Notes: generated by a model from the letters alone, not told the origin. A stretch of DNA of 64,000 nucleotides from Planktothrix sp. GU0601_MAG3 (GCA_035193785.1 CP136572.1:3668578-3732577), one strand, 5' to 3'; shown: positions 37,867-50,588, numbered from the stretch's first letter. Numbers and translations are program-made.

Positions 37867-40633
37867 TTAAATGATAAGTTTTGTGATATTGCTAATGGTA
37901 TCTAATCGAAATTCATTGACTAATATGTTCAGAATTTCTGCCAATTCTACTTGAGAACTAGGGATTTGTTCAATTAACTCCTTTACCTTGGTATCATCTC
38001 CAATTAGCGCCATCTGATGCAATTGTCTGACCCATGCTAAGGGCATTTCTTTAAAATGTCCTGGCGTTAAGGATTGAGTTGGGTTTATAGGCGAAGAATC
38101 CTGAATATTTTCGTTTTCATAAACATATTTAATCCCCAGATATTCAGCCATTTTACTAAACAATTCAGCCTCCCTAAACGGCTTTCTAAGGATATCGTCA
38201 CATCCGGCTTCAAAAATAATATGTTCTTCCTCCTGTAACGCATTAGCGGTTGAAGCAATAATCACTGTATTTTTACCTTTAGGTTTTTCTTTAATCTGGC
38301 GAGTTGCTGTATATCCATCCATCACAGGCATTCGCATATCCATCCAAATTAAATCAGGTTGATATTGTTCCCAAACTTGAATCGCTTCTAAACCATTTTC
38401 GGCTTCAAAAACTTCAAATCCTATGGAATTCAACAATTGTTTTATTAATAAACGATTTTCAAAAACTTTATCGACTACTAATATTTTATAAGCAGTTTGA
38501 TTAGGTAATAAACCAATAACTTTTCCTGGCGGTTGTCGGTGTAAATTTTCGGTAGATTCTGCCTTAGTTGTTAATATTTTGAACTGAAAAATACTCCCCT
38601 GTTCAAAGGTACTATTAACGGTAATATTTCCTCCTAGTATATGCACGATTTTTTGACTAATAGCTAACCCTAAACCAGTACCTTGTTGAGTTTTTTTACC
38701 TGATTCAGTTTGGACAAATGGGTTAAATAAATCCTGGATTTCCTCTGGTTTTATTCCTATGCCTGTATCTTCCACTTCAAAATTAAGATCTAGTTTAGAT
38801 TGAGTAGGTTCAACTGTTTTATCTTCTAAAAATGGTGTAGTTTTTATTCGTAAAATGACTCGACCTTTTGTCGTAAATTTAATAGCATTTCCCAGCAAAT
38901 TAATTAATACTTGACGTAATTTTTGCTCGTCGCTAATAATAAATTGAGGAACATCATCATCATGCTGAATAATAAACTGAATTCCCTTAGAAGTAGCTTT
39001 GATTTTTAACATTGCCTCCAAGTTGTCTAAGAATTGATAAAAGTTAAAACTTTGTTCATTTAATGTAATTTTACCCGCTTCTATTTTGGATAAATCTAAA
39101 ATATCATTGATCAGTTCCAATAGATGTTCGGCACTGCGATTAATAATCCCTAACTCCCGAGAACTTTGGGGGAAAATAGGGTCGCGTGATATTAATTGAC
39201 TAAATCCTAAAATTGAATGTAAGGGCGTTCTTAACTCATGACTTATATTAGCTAAAAAGGTACTCTTAGCCAGATTAGCGGCATCAGCAGCTTCTCTTGC
39301 TTCTTCTAATTCATGGGTTCTTTCTGCTACTTTTTTTTCTAAACTTTTAGAATATTCTTCTAATTGTTGATAGGATTTTTTTAACTGAATTCGCATTTGA
39401 TTAAATGCTTTTGCCAAAGTTCTTAATTCATAAATTGGTTCACATCTAACTGGTGTTCCCCAGTTTCCCTTAGATAATTCATTCGCGGATTGACTTAGTT
39501 CAAAAATAGGTTTAGTCACCCAACGACTGGTAATTATTCCAAAAATAGTAGCCAATCCTAAAGCACCTAAACATAATAAAATAGTCGTCCGATTATTTTT
39601 ATTAATCTGGGTCATAAAATCTGATTCAGGAATCACTACCACCACGAAACCAATTGAGACCATAATCATCTTTATAGGGCAGCACTTGCACAAAATATTT
39701 TTGTCCATTATAATTAAATTCTAATTGCTTTAACTTCTGAATTTGATTAAATTGACCAAAAGTTTGCATTAAATACTTTACTGTTAATTGAGTTAAATGA
39801 TTAGAACTTTCAACGGCTTTTAACGATTTTCTTAATTGATTTTTTCCCTGTTCAATATATGGTTTTTCTCCAGTTGAAGTCGCCACCAATTTCCCTGACG
39901 CATCTAAAATAAAAGTCTGAGTTGCAGGACTAATCTTAATATTTTGTAAAAAATTACTGATTAATTCTAGGAGTAAATCAATACCCATAAATCCTTGAAC
40001 TTCTCCATTATCATCATAAATACGAGTAATTAAAGTAATTCCGATATCCCCTCGGGAAAAAGTATAGATATCACTCCATTGTGTGTGATTATTAGCTTCC
40101 ATAGCTTTTTGATACCAAGGTCGAATTTTAGCATCATAAAAATCCGTTTCAATTCGTTCAGTTCGCTCCCCATTTTTATCTAATTTATAAACTGCTCGTT
40201 TGGGGAAATCTTCACTAATCAAGGTAAGAAACCCCTGGGAAGGACTGTGATGGACTAAAATAATTTCTCCTTGAGAATTGGCAAAATAAATTCCTTGGAC
40301 TGACTTCAATAATTGAATTTGTTCAAAAAAACGGCGCTCTAAATCTTCCGGGTTGTTTACATCCCAAAGCCCCATTTTTATAGCTTCTACATTAACTTGA
40401 TTTAAAAAATAAGGTCTAGCTAAATAGTTATCCAAACGTTCTTTAATTCGATGAGCAATTTCTGCTTGTAATTGCGCAACTAAATCATTAATTACCTGCT
40501 GGCCATTCTGGTAGGATAAATACCCAGTCAGTCCAACAGCAAAAATAATTTGAAGCAAAAACGGAATAATCAAAACGCTTTGCAACCGTACTTTTTTAGA
40601 TAGATGCCTGATATAATACTTCAAATAGTTCAT
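37867..40633 (-). CDS. Cache/HAMP hybrid sensor histidine kinase with receiver domain (split by +1 at 39646-39650)
   Basis: DAKIRPWY Cache motif, HAMP, SHELRTPL, NLLGNAIKF, GTGLGLAI, WMDMRMP receiver. Confidence 0.9.
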
Positions 40634-40670
40634 GCTTAACCCTTACGGGGATTCCTCTAATGGTATCATA

Positions 40671-42705
40671 TTATGGACAAGGAACTTCAATAATAAACTC
40701 TGTTCCCTGCTTTTTTTTGCTATTAACTTCTAGTTTGCCACCATGGGCTTTAACAATCACTTGATAACAAATCGCCAGTCCCATTCCCGTCCCTTGGCCT
40801 ACGGGTTTTGTTGTAAAGAATGGATCAAAAATTCGAGATTTAAGTTCATCGGGAATTCCCAATCCATTATCCTTAATTTTAATTCTGATAAAATCTGGAC
40901 TGTGATCTTCAGTAGTCAGGGTAACTTCTCCCCCGCGCGGATCGGATTTAACCGCATCAATGGCATTACTTAAAATTTGAAAAAAGACTTGATTTATCTG
41001 GCTGGGAAAGCAATTAATTTTAGGAATAGTTTGATAATTTTTATTGATTTTAATTTGATTCATTTGATGTTCTAATAAACTCAAACTACTCTCTAAACCT
41101 TCAGTTAAATCAACGGATTTCCATTCAGATTCATTGAGATGGGAGAAATCTTTTAAGCTGTCAACAATAGAACGAATTCTCACACTTCCCTGTTCCATAG
41201 AATCAATTAACTGGGGAAAGTCTTCCATAATAAAATCTAGTTCTATTTCCTCACCAATTTGATTTAAAAACTCTCCTACTTCCGGGTTAAACTCTCGACA
41301 TTTATTCACAACTTCCATCAGGTTTTGAACGTAGTTTCTAGCATGGGAAATATTAGCATAAATAAAGTTATTGGGATTATTGATTTCATGGGCAATTCCA
41401 GCTACCATTTGACCCAAGCTTGATAGTTTTTCACTTTGAATTAATTGAATTTGGGTAGTTTTTAATTCTTTTAATGTGGTTTGTAACTCTTGGGTTTGGA
41501 GTTGATATTGGCAAGCTGTTTCTTGAACTTGTGTATAGAGTTGTGCTTGTTTAATGGCGATCGCTAATTGATCAGCAAGTTGTTTTAAACCATCAATTTC
41601 CCAGTTTTTCCAAGCACGAGGGTTACTGCATTCATGGGCAATTAATAATCCCCAAAGTTGACCATCTATCTGCGGTTGATGATCTTCTATTTCTGCTCCC
41701 ATGATAATCGGGACAACTAAATTAGCTCGAACTTGTAACATATCTAAGAAATTCAGATGACAGGGATCTAAATCGGATTTATGAATATCATCAATCGCCC
41801 GAACTCGTCCATTTTTATAGAGTTGTCCATGTTTTTCAGGAAAGCAATTATCGGTAATTTTATCTCCAAAAATTGATGGCCAAGGGACGCGATAATTTTC
41901 TACTTTAATTTCTCCTTCCCAACCATTAATAAACTGATAAATCACAACTCTATCTGTATTCAGAAACTTGCCGAACTCCCGCCACTGCGGTGTTTAAAAT
42001 TGCCGTCAAATCCAAACTACTTCTAATTTGATTAATCACTAATCTTAATAATGCTTCTTGTTCCCCTTTAGCACGGCTTTCTTGATAGAGTTGTGCATGA
42101 TGAATTGCGATCGCTAAGGAAGAAGCGATACCCTCTAAAAGTTGAATTTCCCAGTCTTGCCATTCTCGCTCATGATCGCATTGTTGAAGCCCAATAATCC
42201 CTTTAACTTCTCCTTGATAGCGCACAGCAACCGCTAACATAGATTTAATATCTAATTGATCAATTAAGGCTTTAGTTGTTTCCCCAAAACCAGGAAATTC
42301 TTGAAATTTTGTTACCGCTAAAGGTTGAGATTGAGATAATAGGATTTGTAAATGGGGGTTGTCATCGACATTGAGTTTAATCCCTAATTGACTTAAATAT
42401 TTACCTTGATTATATTCATTCTTCGTGGTAAATTCATGGTCAAAATTAGATTCTTTAACTAAAATACTGACTCGACTACAGTTAATAATTTGCCCCAAAT
42501 GTTGACAGGCAGAACTCAATACCTGATCTAAATCCAATGTACTAATAATTTCTTTATTAATCTGATTTACCAGGTCATAAAACTGCATCTGGTGTGCTTT
42601 TTTATTCCCTTCAGAGACGGTAACTGATGATAGGTCTTCAGAATTGCTAAAAAGAGAATTTTTAGCTAATGAACAGTATGGAGAATCTAAATCAACTATA
42701 GACAT
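40671..42705 (-). CDS. GAF-GAF histidine kinase; the second GAF is a DXCF-type cyanobacteriochrome domain (split by +1 at 41963-41967)
   Basis: Corrected [19 protein letters not shown] motif, PCH bilin-binding Cys, AHEINNP, GTGMGL. Confidence 0.85.
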
Positions 42706-42926
42706 AAAATTTTACCCAATAACAATTCAATAAAATTTGATCAACTTTATAAATCAGATATTCCCTAGGTTGAGGTGAAGAAAAAGTTTTAGGTTAAGGG
42801 GGTTAATATCAGGATGGTAACTGATCCATAAAAATAGAGTTTGCAGATGCACTGTCAACCCTGAAACATTAATGTAAAGATATTTTACAATATTTTTGAT
42901 GAAATTGAAAGTATTCCCAAAGATAG

Positions 42927-43673
42927 ATGTGCCAATCCCCTCAATTATATTCATTCCGAGATCGTCCCTGGTTAGGGTTGATGCTAGGAAATTCTCGACG
43001 CCATTGGGCTAAGTTATGGGGTCAAACACTATTAGGGACTTGGGATGAGGACAATACCGACCCACTCCCAGCCCTAAAAGATGATTTGCCTTTAATTGTT
43101 GCTTCCGTGGTCTGCGAAACCACCCAATATTGGACTAGATTCCCCCAAACTCGGGTTTTGACCTTAGCCGATATTCCCCTGAAGGGAATGTACTCCACCC
43201 TAGGTATTGATCGCGCCTTAGCGGTCTTAGGAGCGGGGACACGGTATGGATGGCCAATTTTAGTGATTGATGCCGGGACTGCCCTGACCTTCACCGTCGC
43301 CGACGCCCATCAAAAGTTAGTGGGAGGGGCTATCTTACCCGGTTTGGGTCTACAACGGTCTTGCCTGGCTCATAAAACCGCAGCCTTACCTAGAATTGAA
43401 TTTCCTCCTGAATTACCACCACGCTGGGCAACCGAAACCCCAGGGGCAATTCAGAGTGGAATTATTTATACCCTGTTGGCGGGAATGCGCGATTTTATCG
43501 AAGCCTGGCAAAAACAATATCCCCAGGGGGCTATGGTGATCACCGGAGGCGATCACAATTTGTTACTTTCCTACTTTACCGAGGAGTTTCCGGATAAGAG
43601 TATCCATCCTGTAGCCGATTCCGATCTAATCTTTCGGGGGATGGTGGCTCTGATAACTGAACCCGATGGCTAA
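42927..43673 (+). CDS. coaX: Type III pantothenate kinase
   Basis: MLGNSR, LGIDRA, VIDAGTALTF, GGAILPG, ITGGD. Confidence 0.9.
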   Translation: MCQSPQLYSFRDRPWLGLMLGNSRRHWAKLWGQTLLGTWDEDNTDPLPALKDDLPLIVASVVCETTQYWTRFPQTRVLTLADIPLKGMYSTLGIDRALAVLGAGTRYGWPILVIDAGTALTFTVADAHQKLVGGAILPGLGLQRSCLAHKTAALPRIEFPPELPPRWATETPGAIQSGIIYTLLAGMRDFIEAWQKQYPQGAMVITGGDHNLLLSYFTEEFPDKSIHPVADSDLIFRGMVALITEPDG

Positions 43674-44476
43674 TAAACTCCCGAATATATTGGGCGATAA
43701 CCTCCGGCATTTGTAGGGGTAAATTCGGTTTTCCGCCCTCAATCATTTGATATTGAGCCATCGGTGCAATCTCGGAGAAAATTTTACTCTGGTTTCAAGG
43801 CGGTGGCGGTATCCCCATCTCCTTGTAAGACCAAAGTAGGTAACTTCAAACACTCCAGAGGTTGATTTAAGATTTCCTCTTGAATTTCTGCCCAGCGACG
43901 ACGGTACAACAATTGACTGGCAACGGGCCACTCCAACATAATTTGGCGATCGCTAAACCAGGCCTTAATTTTTTTTCCTTGTCCCAATAGAATCCCCAGG
44001 GGATAAATCAGTTTCAAAAACAAAAATAACGGGGAAAAATTGGCAGCAAATTGTCGTTTCCAACCCCATTCTTTTTTATAGTTTTCAAAAGTTATTCCCT
44101 CCGGGGCAATTACCACCAAACCTTTAACCACTTCGGGATATTTTAAGGCATAACGAGTTGCTATCCAAGCCCCCAAACCATTACCGACTAAACAGACTTC
44201 TTGAATTTTGAGGGTTTGAATATATTCAGCTAAACACTCAACTTCTAAATTAATAGAAGGGTGAATTTTTGTAAACGTTCGGGACTCTCCAGATCCCAAG
44301 GTATCCGGTGCAAAACAATGGTGTTCCAGGCTTAAATGCTGCATTAAAGGAACCCATTGACTGCTATCCGTCCAAGACCCATGGAGAAAAATAATTGCCC
44401 GGCCATCACCGACCTCACGCCAAAAAATCTGTCCCTGGGACACTTGAATTCGGAAGTGATGAAATAATTGATACAT
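43576..44476 (-). CDS. Alpha/beta hydrolase fold protein (split by +1 at 43792-43796)
   Basis: FLHGSW, PDTLGSGES, GNGLG nucleophile elbow (Gly in place of Ser); 3' end uncertain, overlaps coaX. Confidence 0.75.
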
Positions 44477-44505
44477 CCTAAATTTTTAATATTGTGGACA
44501 AAACC

Positions 44506-44971
44506 CTACGCTAAGGTGGTTAAACCCTCTAAATAGTCCTGAAGATGTCGTTCACAGTCATGGCTAAAATCGGAGGGGAGGGATGTAATAGGAAAGGCTT
44601 TGACCTCCGTAATTTCCTGGATGTCCTGAACTTGAAAGTTACCTTGAACATCCGCTTCGACGACAACACAAATAGAATGAACTCGCGGATCTCGATCAGG
44701 GGCAGAATAGACCCCCACTAGACGGCGGATTTTAACTAATTCTAACCCAGTTTCCTCTGCTAGTTCTCGTTTAATGGTAGTCGGGATATCTTCACCCCAA
44801 TCTACCATCCCCCCGGGTAAAGCCCATTTGCCATTATCTCGACGGCGCACCAGCACAATTTTGCCATCGGGTAGAATCGGGATAATACTGGTTTCCGGGG
44901 ATAGGATGACGAAAAATAATCCCTAATACGGTTTGTCCAAACTTCCAAATATATTTGGCAAAAGATACCAC
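44506..44971 (-). CDS. NUDIX hydrolase (5' end restored by removing +1 at 44891-44895)
   Basis: Nudix box GGMVDWGE...RELAEETG; corrected N-terminus FRHPIPGTSIIP. Confidence 0.88.
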
Positions 44972-45071
44972 CAAAGTGTTTTTTCTCCTATAACTAAAAG
45001 AATAGAGACAGGTTTTAAGTTTTTGTTACTAATCAGCCTACCCCTATCATAAGTACAACATCAGGAAAATC

Positions 45072-45542
45072 CTATAGTTTATCAAGGGTTTGCAGAATTT
45101 CTAAGCTATGGATTTCCGGTTTAACTTTGCGATAAATAGTTTCTATCCGACCTTCAGTATCAATCACAAAAGTATGACGAAACACCCCAATAAATTCTTT
45201 TCCCATAAATTTTTTCAGTCCATAACTATCATATTTAGTTGCTACTTTTCCCCCTTCATCAACTAATAGGGGAAAGGGTAACTGATATTTATTAATAAAT
45301 TTACGATGGGCAGCCGAATTATCCGTACTAATCCCTAAAACAATTATATTTTTTTCTTGGTATTCTCCGTAATTATCCCGAAACCCGCAAGCTTCTTTTG
45401 TACATCCCGGGGTATTATCCCTCGGATAAAAATATAAAACCACCCTTTTCCCGCGAAAATCACCCAGACCCACGGGGTTGCCATCGCTATCGGGTAGAAC
45501 AAAGTCCGGGGCTAAATCACCGGGGTTCAGGGTTATGTCCAT
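45072..45542 (-). CDS. bcp: Peroxiredoxin Q / BCP
   Basis: YFYPRDNTPGCTKEAC. Confidence 0.93.
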   Translation of the reverse strand: MDITLNPGDLAPDFVLPDSDGNPVGLGDFRGKRVVLYFYPRDNTPGCTKEACGFRDNYGEYQEKNIIVLGISTDNSAAHRKFINKYQLPFPLLVDEGGKVATKYDSYGLKKFMGKEFIGVFRHTFVIDTEGRIETIYRKVKPEIHSLEILQTLDKL

Positions 45543-45599
45543 GTTTAAAGAATTTTAATATTGGGCGATCGGGATACGGAAACCTTTAGATAATAACAA

Positions 45600-45619
45600 A
45601 GCCCTAAAGGGCTTACTAC
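45600..45619 (-). repeat. Single GTAG-type REP copy
   Basis: GTAGTAAGCCCTTTAGGGCT on the minus strand, downstream of tRNA-Leu. Confidence 0.8.
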
Positions 45620-45647
45620 GAGAGTGAAGCTCTTTAAGGCTTTGAAG

Positions 45648-45729
45648 TGGGCGGGAAGAGACTTGAACTCTTATGACCGAAGCCGCCGCATTTTGAGTGC
45701 GGTGCGTCTACCAATTCCGCCACCCGCCC
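45648..45729 (-). tRNA. tRNA-Leu(CAA)
   Basis: GGGCGGG/CCCGCCC acceptor stem, D-loop GGAATTGGTAGAC, anticodon arm CCGCA-CTCAAAA-TGCGG, long variable arm, GTTCAAGT T-loop. Confidence 0.95.
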
Positions 45730-46584
45730 TTTTGGTTGGCTTCACCATCATACACCATAAACTTTCTTTTTAGCAAGTCCTGATAATTCGGACTACTTGA
45801 CCAGCGATCAATTTCCCTCGCCCGGAGCACTGGCAGGGGGTGGCTTAATTGGGCTGTTTGGGCTTGTTTAAGCAGTTCTCCCAGTTCCGTACTACTAATT
45901 TGATCATAGGTTCTAGCTTGGGCGACAAAGGCATCTAGGTTGAGTTGGGGGGCTAAACTGGGAGAGCCTCCCGACAGTTTCATTAATACGGACATCACAA
46001 TTCGGGGATCTTGGGTGGCCAGCAATGCCGCCCGATCACAAGTAAATTCGGCACAACGTACCCATTCCATTAGCTGGGTCTGTAAACCTTGGGTCAACAT
46101 TGTTCCCCAGGGAGATAATTGATTAGCGGCTAAGATCACTAAATTCACCATGGTTAAATAAACCCCATGTTCGCACTTTAAATGTCCCAACTCATGGGCC
46201 ATCACCGCTTGAATTTCTTCTGGGGTTAATAATTCAATCAGCGAGGTATGAATCACAATAAAGGGCTGTTTTCCCCGCATGGCAAAGGTATAGGCATTGG
46301 GAACAGGATTTTGGCGAATATACAGTTGAGGGGGTTTCCAAATCCAATATTTTGCAAGCCTCTAATAATAATTGATGCAAATGAGGCAACTGTTGATCAC
46401 TGACCAAAATACTAGAAGCAATATTTTCTAAATAGAAAAACTGTTCTCCCACACCTCCTAACAATTGCCTAACTAACAAATCTAAACCCGGAAATTGTTT
46501 TAAGGTATTCGTGGCTTGTAAATCCAAAGGATGGCGAAAATGATCAGCCCGCAGCCCAATTAAAGGAATGGTTGAAAATGTCAT
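45708..46584 (-). CDS. M48 family metallopeptidase (split by +1 at 46334-46338)
   Basis: HELGH, AEFTCDRAAL, SHPLP; corrected junction LDLEPPQLYIRQ. Confidence 0.9.
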
Positions 46585-46593
46585 AGGATTTTA

Positions 46594-46656
46594 AATGGGT
46601 AATGGGTAATGGGTAATGGGTAATGGGTAATGGGTAATGGGTAATGGGTAATGGGT
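46594..46656. repeat. STRR heptamer array AATGGGT x9
   Basis: Seen directly. Confidence 0.95.
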
Positions 46657-46853
46657 ACTAAAAATTATGAAGGTAAAAACATGATAACACTATATTTTAT
46701 AAAAAATGGCATTAAAGCCACGCAGTTATGGTAACAAAAAAGATAATAGGAACCAGAGAAACCCCAGGCAAGAATAATCAAACTACCCTGGGACTATAAT
46801 TAAGCTGCGCCCGGTGCTACCCGGGTCGGGGGGGAAGTTAAATTATGGGTTTT

Positions 46854-47261
46854 TCAAGGATTAACTAATAATACATAAAACCGCTTATCTTTCTTTAACC
46901 AATAGGCGATCGCTTCGGAAAAAATATCGTTTAATATTCGCCAATCATTCGGATGATCCTGGGAAAAATTTTGCCATTGATCATAAACAAGCAAATAAGA
47001 TGAAGATTCACACCAACTGAGATCGGTAATACAATCTTGCCAAGCATCCCAATTATAGCCAAAATATTCCGGTAAATTGACTACGGTGCTGGCTGTTTTC
47101 AGAAAATCAGCTTTATTGTTAATTGAAGTTCCGTTAAAATAAAATAAATGACAGTCATATTCTTGACACAGTTGAGATAAGTCCTCGGGCGAAATATCCA
47201 AGGGAAACTGATAAATATTGGGCTGACTTTTACCCTGGATCAGATCTAATATTTGATTCAT
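46854..47261 (-). CDS. Barstar family ribonuclease inhibitor
   Basis: PEYFGYNWDAWQDCITDL motif; ATGA overlap with the upstream RNase. Confidence 0.9.
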   Translation of the reverse strand: MNQILDLIQGKSQPNIYQFPLDISPEDLSQLCQEYDCHLFYFNGTSINNKADFLKTASTVVNLPEYFGYNWDAWQDCITDLSWCESSSYLLVYDQWQNFSQDHPNDWRILNDIFSEAIAYWLKKDKRFYVLLVNP

Positions 47262-47662
47262 TGTCTTAAAACCCTAAAAAAACTTTGATAATGGTCGCTA
47301 GTGTAATAAATTTCCCCCTGACTCCCGACGACAAAGCGCCGGGCTCCCCGATGTTTTATCCCGGGAGTGGGTATGGTATATTCTCGATAATAGCCATTGG
47401 ATTGATTGGGTAATAATCTTTCCCGATTAAAGAAAGTTGATCCATCTTTTTCCGGGTAGGGAAAAGGCCCGCCCTGATCAATTAATTTTAAAGTATTTCG
47501 GGCTTCCGGTGGCAGTTGACTCAAATTAACCGTCGAAACTTGAGCAACGATCATTGTTTCCGTTGCGGAAACCGGAGAAAAGTGAAAATTATAGGTAATC
47601 GTAACGGTAAAACCGACTAAACAAGTCAGGAAAAAGATCAATCCTTTTCTCAAAAAAGACAT
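47258..47662 (-). CDS. Secreted guanyl-specific ribonuclease (RNase Sa/barnase family)
   Basis: Signal peptide; GGPFPY, FFNRERLLP, YYREYT, RGARR, YYTSDHY. Confidence 0.9.
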   Translation of the reverse strand: MSFLRKGLIFFLTCLVGFTVTITYNFHFSPVSATETMIVAQVSTVNLSQLPPEARNTLKLIDQGGPFPYPEKDGSTFFNRERLLPNQSNGYYREYTIPTPGIKHRGARRFVVGSQGEIYYTSDHYQSFFRVLRQ

Positions 47663-47727
47663 AATTTTTGACTCAATACGTCCTGAATATTGTTAATATA
47701 ATATCATAATTTTCGCGATTTATAGAA

Positions 47728-48780
47728 TTGATTTTAGCTAGTCTCCCTCATCCAATCACCCTCAATATGTTAAAAAAATCTTTAACTTGGCGATTGATGC
47801 TATTGATAGGCTTTTGGAGTTTTCAGGCTTGTCAGTTTGGGGGTAAACCACCTAAACCTGATCCGGTCTTTAATTTGACCTCCAGTGCCAATATAAATTA
47901 TCAACCCCTGAAACAGTTGTTAACTGAAAATCACTGGAAAGAAGCGGATCAAGAAACCTTTCAGATTTTACTTAAATTGAGTAACCGACAAGCAGAAGGT
48001 TGGTTAGGAAAAAAGGATGTGGAGGGTTTAGCCTGTGAGGATTTACAAACAATTAATCGCTTGTGGAATTACTATAGTGACGGTCGTTTTGGATTTAGCC
48101 AACAGGAAAAAATTTGGACATCTATCGGGGGGATAATCGGTGAGTATAACCCCGAGATAGCTGGGAAATTTGGCGATCGCGTCGGTTGGCGCACAGGCGG
48201 CCAGTGGCTAAAATACGAACAACTGAATTTTTCCCCCCGCGCCCCCCAAGGACATTTACCCGCCACTACCGGAAATGGAGTGAGTGGGGGGGTGTGGAAT
48301 GGGGTAGCCTCCATCACCCATCGGGTTAAATATTGTGGGGTAATTGATGCGTTAGCGACGGGTGAATGGATTAAAGCGGACAGGAAAACCCTGGAACTTT
48401 TTGAAGTCTATCGAATTCCGATGGAAAATAGCCCTCATGTTCCGGCCCCGTTGGTCATTTCTGAGATTCCCTGTTCAGAACTCCAGGGGGTTGATCGGCT
48501 TTGGGTAAAATACTCCGGTGGGCGGTTTGGTTTGAGTGTTCAGGGCAAGATTCTCAAAGCCACGGGCAATTCTTCGGAGAAACTCGAAGACCGTTACAAA
48601 ACCTTTGAACGGGCTGTGGGCTGGCCCCTTGATCATCGGGATATGATCTATGAAACAGGCGATCCTAAAACAATGACCTTGGGACATTTTCCCTATCGTT
48701 TAGGTCATAGTTATGAGACCTTCGGTTCTGGTTTTAACCGGACTTGGCGATTATCTATTAACCCTGACTGTGGGTTTTAG
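47728..48780 (+). CDS. Tandem GUN4-domain protein, possible lipoprotein
   Basis: Two W.EAD.ET...LW..YS.GRFG.S.Q repeats; FQAC lipobox-like motif. Confidence 0.8.
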   Translation: MILASLPHPITLNMLKKSLTWRLMLLIGFWSFQACQFGGKPPKPDPVFNLTSSANINYQPLKQLLTENHWKEADQETFQILLKLSNRQAEGWLGKKDVEGLACEDLQTINRLWNYYSDGRFGFSQQEKIWTSIGGIIGEYNPEIAGKFGDRVGWRTGGQWLKYEQLNFSPRAPQGHLPATTGNGVSGGVWNGVASITHRVKYCGVIDALATGEWIKADRKTLELFEVYRIPMENSPHVPAPLVISEIPCSELQGVDRLWVKYSGGRFGLSVQGKILKATGNSSEKLEDRYKTFERAVGWPLDHRDMIYETGDPKTMTLGHFPYRLGHSYETFGSGFNRTWRLSINPDCGF

Positions 48781-48975
48781 ATTTAACGGGACTGCTTTTG
48801 TCAGTTATGTCTAAACAGTACGCAGTAGAAATCAATTAAAAATCCAGTAGTGTTATTCCTAAAAATTGTCCGGTGGCAACAAGGAAGACAAAATTAATAA
48901 AATCCCTAAATATTTGCTACAGATGATTAATCACTATCTGGTGGCTATTCGTAATTCGTAATTTGTAATTACCTG

Positions 48976-50584
48976 CTAACGTCTTTTCCACCACACAAAC
49001 ACCGCCATCCCAAACCCGAATATCGGTAAAACCAATAACGCCAACCAACTCAAAGTTTGTCCTAAAGTTGGGGTCATGGCAATTCGGCGACTGGTGGCTA
49101 ATTTCGGACGAATAGATAAAGTCCCTTGGTCAGACTGACTCAACCAACTGACGGAATTAAGAAATACATCGGCATTCAGTTGCTGGCTAAACCAGCCATT
49201 GGTGGCAAATTGGGAATTTCCGAACACCACTAACCGGGCTTCGGGTTTCTCTGGAGAGGGTGGGGAGGACGGTTTAGTTGGCGACTTTTCCGCCTGTTTC
49301 TGGGGGCGACTCAAGGCAACTCCCAGGGATAGGGGGCCTGGTCGGTCTACTTGCGGGTTAAGCTTGAGTTCAGGACTTTTGAGATCACTTTCCGCCCAGG
49401 TTTGATCATTTGTCCAAACTAACGGACTCTCGGTAATCCCATCAATGGTGCGGGTTTCCACTGGACTAGCGTAGGGATAAATCGAAATGCCATTACCAAA
49501 ATCCTGGGTAATCGGATGTTCACCATATTCCCGCACAATCGGCACTGTCGGCCCCAAACCAACTAAACGGCCACCCCCCGACCCATCAATAGCTAGGCGA
49601 GGATCAACTTTAACCCCCCATTTTTCTAGGAGTTTATCTAAACCATGATTCGTTTGCGGGTCTAATAATAATAAAACATTACCACCTTGATCTAAATAGG
49701 TTTCTAGGGCTTTAACTTCTCCTTCAAATAATTTCCGTTGGGGACTGGCAAGAATAATCACATCCGCATCCGCAGGAACAGCAGTTTGTTCGGCTAAATT
49801 TAGCGGTTCGGCGATAAAATTCTTTTCGGTTAAACTTTTGATTGCCTCCGATAATCCTCCCTGTCCCTCGGTTAAGGGTCGTTCTCCATGACCTTGAATA
49901 AAGTAAAGTTTGGGAGTCCGGTTACTGAATAATTGTTCAATATTATTGGTGAGTTTTAATTCGGTTAAGGGTTCTAAGGCTTCCTTTCTTAGCCGTTGTC
50001 GTTTTTCTCCTGACTGTAAATAAATTTCTCCAAACTCTTTCACCCCAAATTGTTGCGCCAGTCCGGGTTGAGCTTGGGGGTCGATAAATTCATACTGAAA
50101 ATTTTTACCGCCAAGGCGTTGATAGTTGGTTAATAATTCTTGAGTTTGGGGATTTTTTCCTCGGTCAAAAATCCAAACTTTTACAGGTTTTTCAAAGGTT
50201 TTAACCAGGTTTTGGGTTTGGGGAGACAGGGTAAATTGTTGATTTTCGGTTAAATCAATGCGGAAGTTATTTCTAATAGCGACAAAATTAATTAATCCTA
50301 AAATTAGGAATACAGAAACCGTCGAGGCTAAAGCGTTAGTTTCCGGCTTGGGTAGATCGGCGACTCCAGTATGGCGTTTCAGACTTACCTTGGGGTTTAA
50401 AATAGGCTTGGAATAAAAACCATAATCCTAAAATCACAAATCCGGTAATGATTAAGATTAAAGGAATGGGTTCCCAACTGCCAATCACGACCCCCGCAGA
50501 TAACCCCATGACCACGAAACTAGGGCCAAGCCAGAATAGAAATTGTATGAATTGACGATTGAGTTTAAATTGGGTTTTGATCAT
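48976..50584 (-). CDS. GldG-family ABC transporter auxiliary component (split by +1 at 50339-50343)
   Basis: YFIQGHGE, HPIT, VVFGNSQF, C-terminal TM + WWKRR; corrected junction TQAGTNALAST. Confidence 0.85.
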
Positions 50585-50588
50585 ATTA

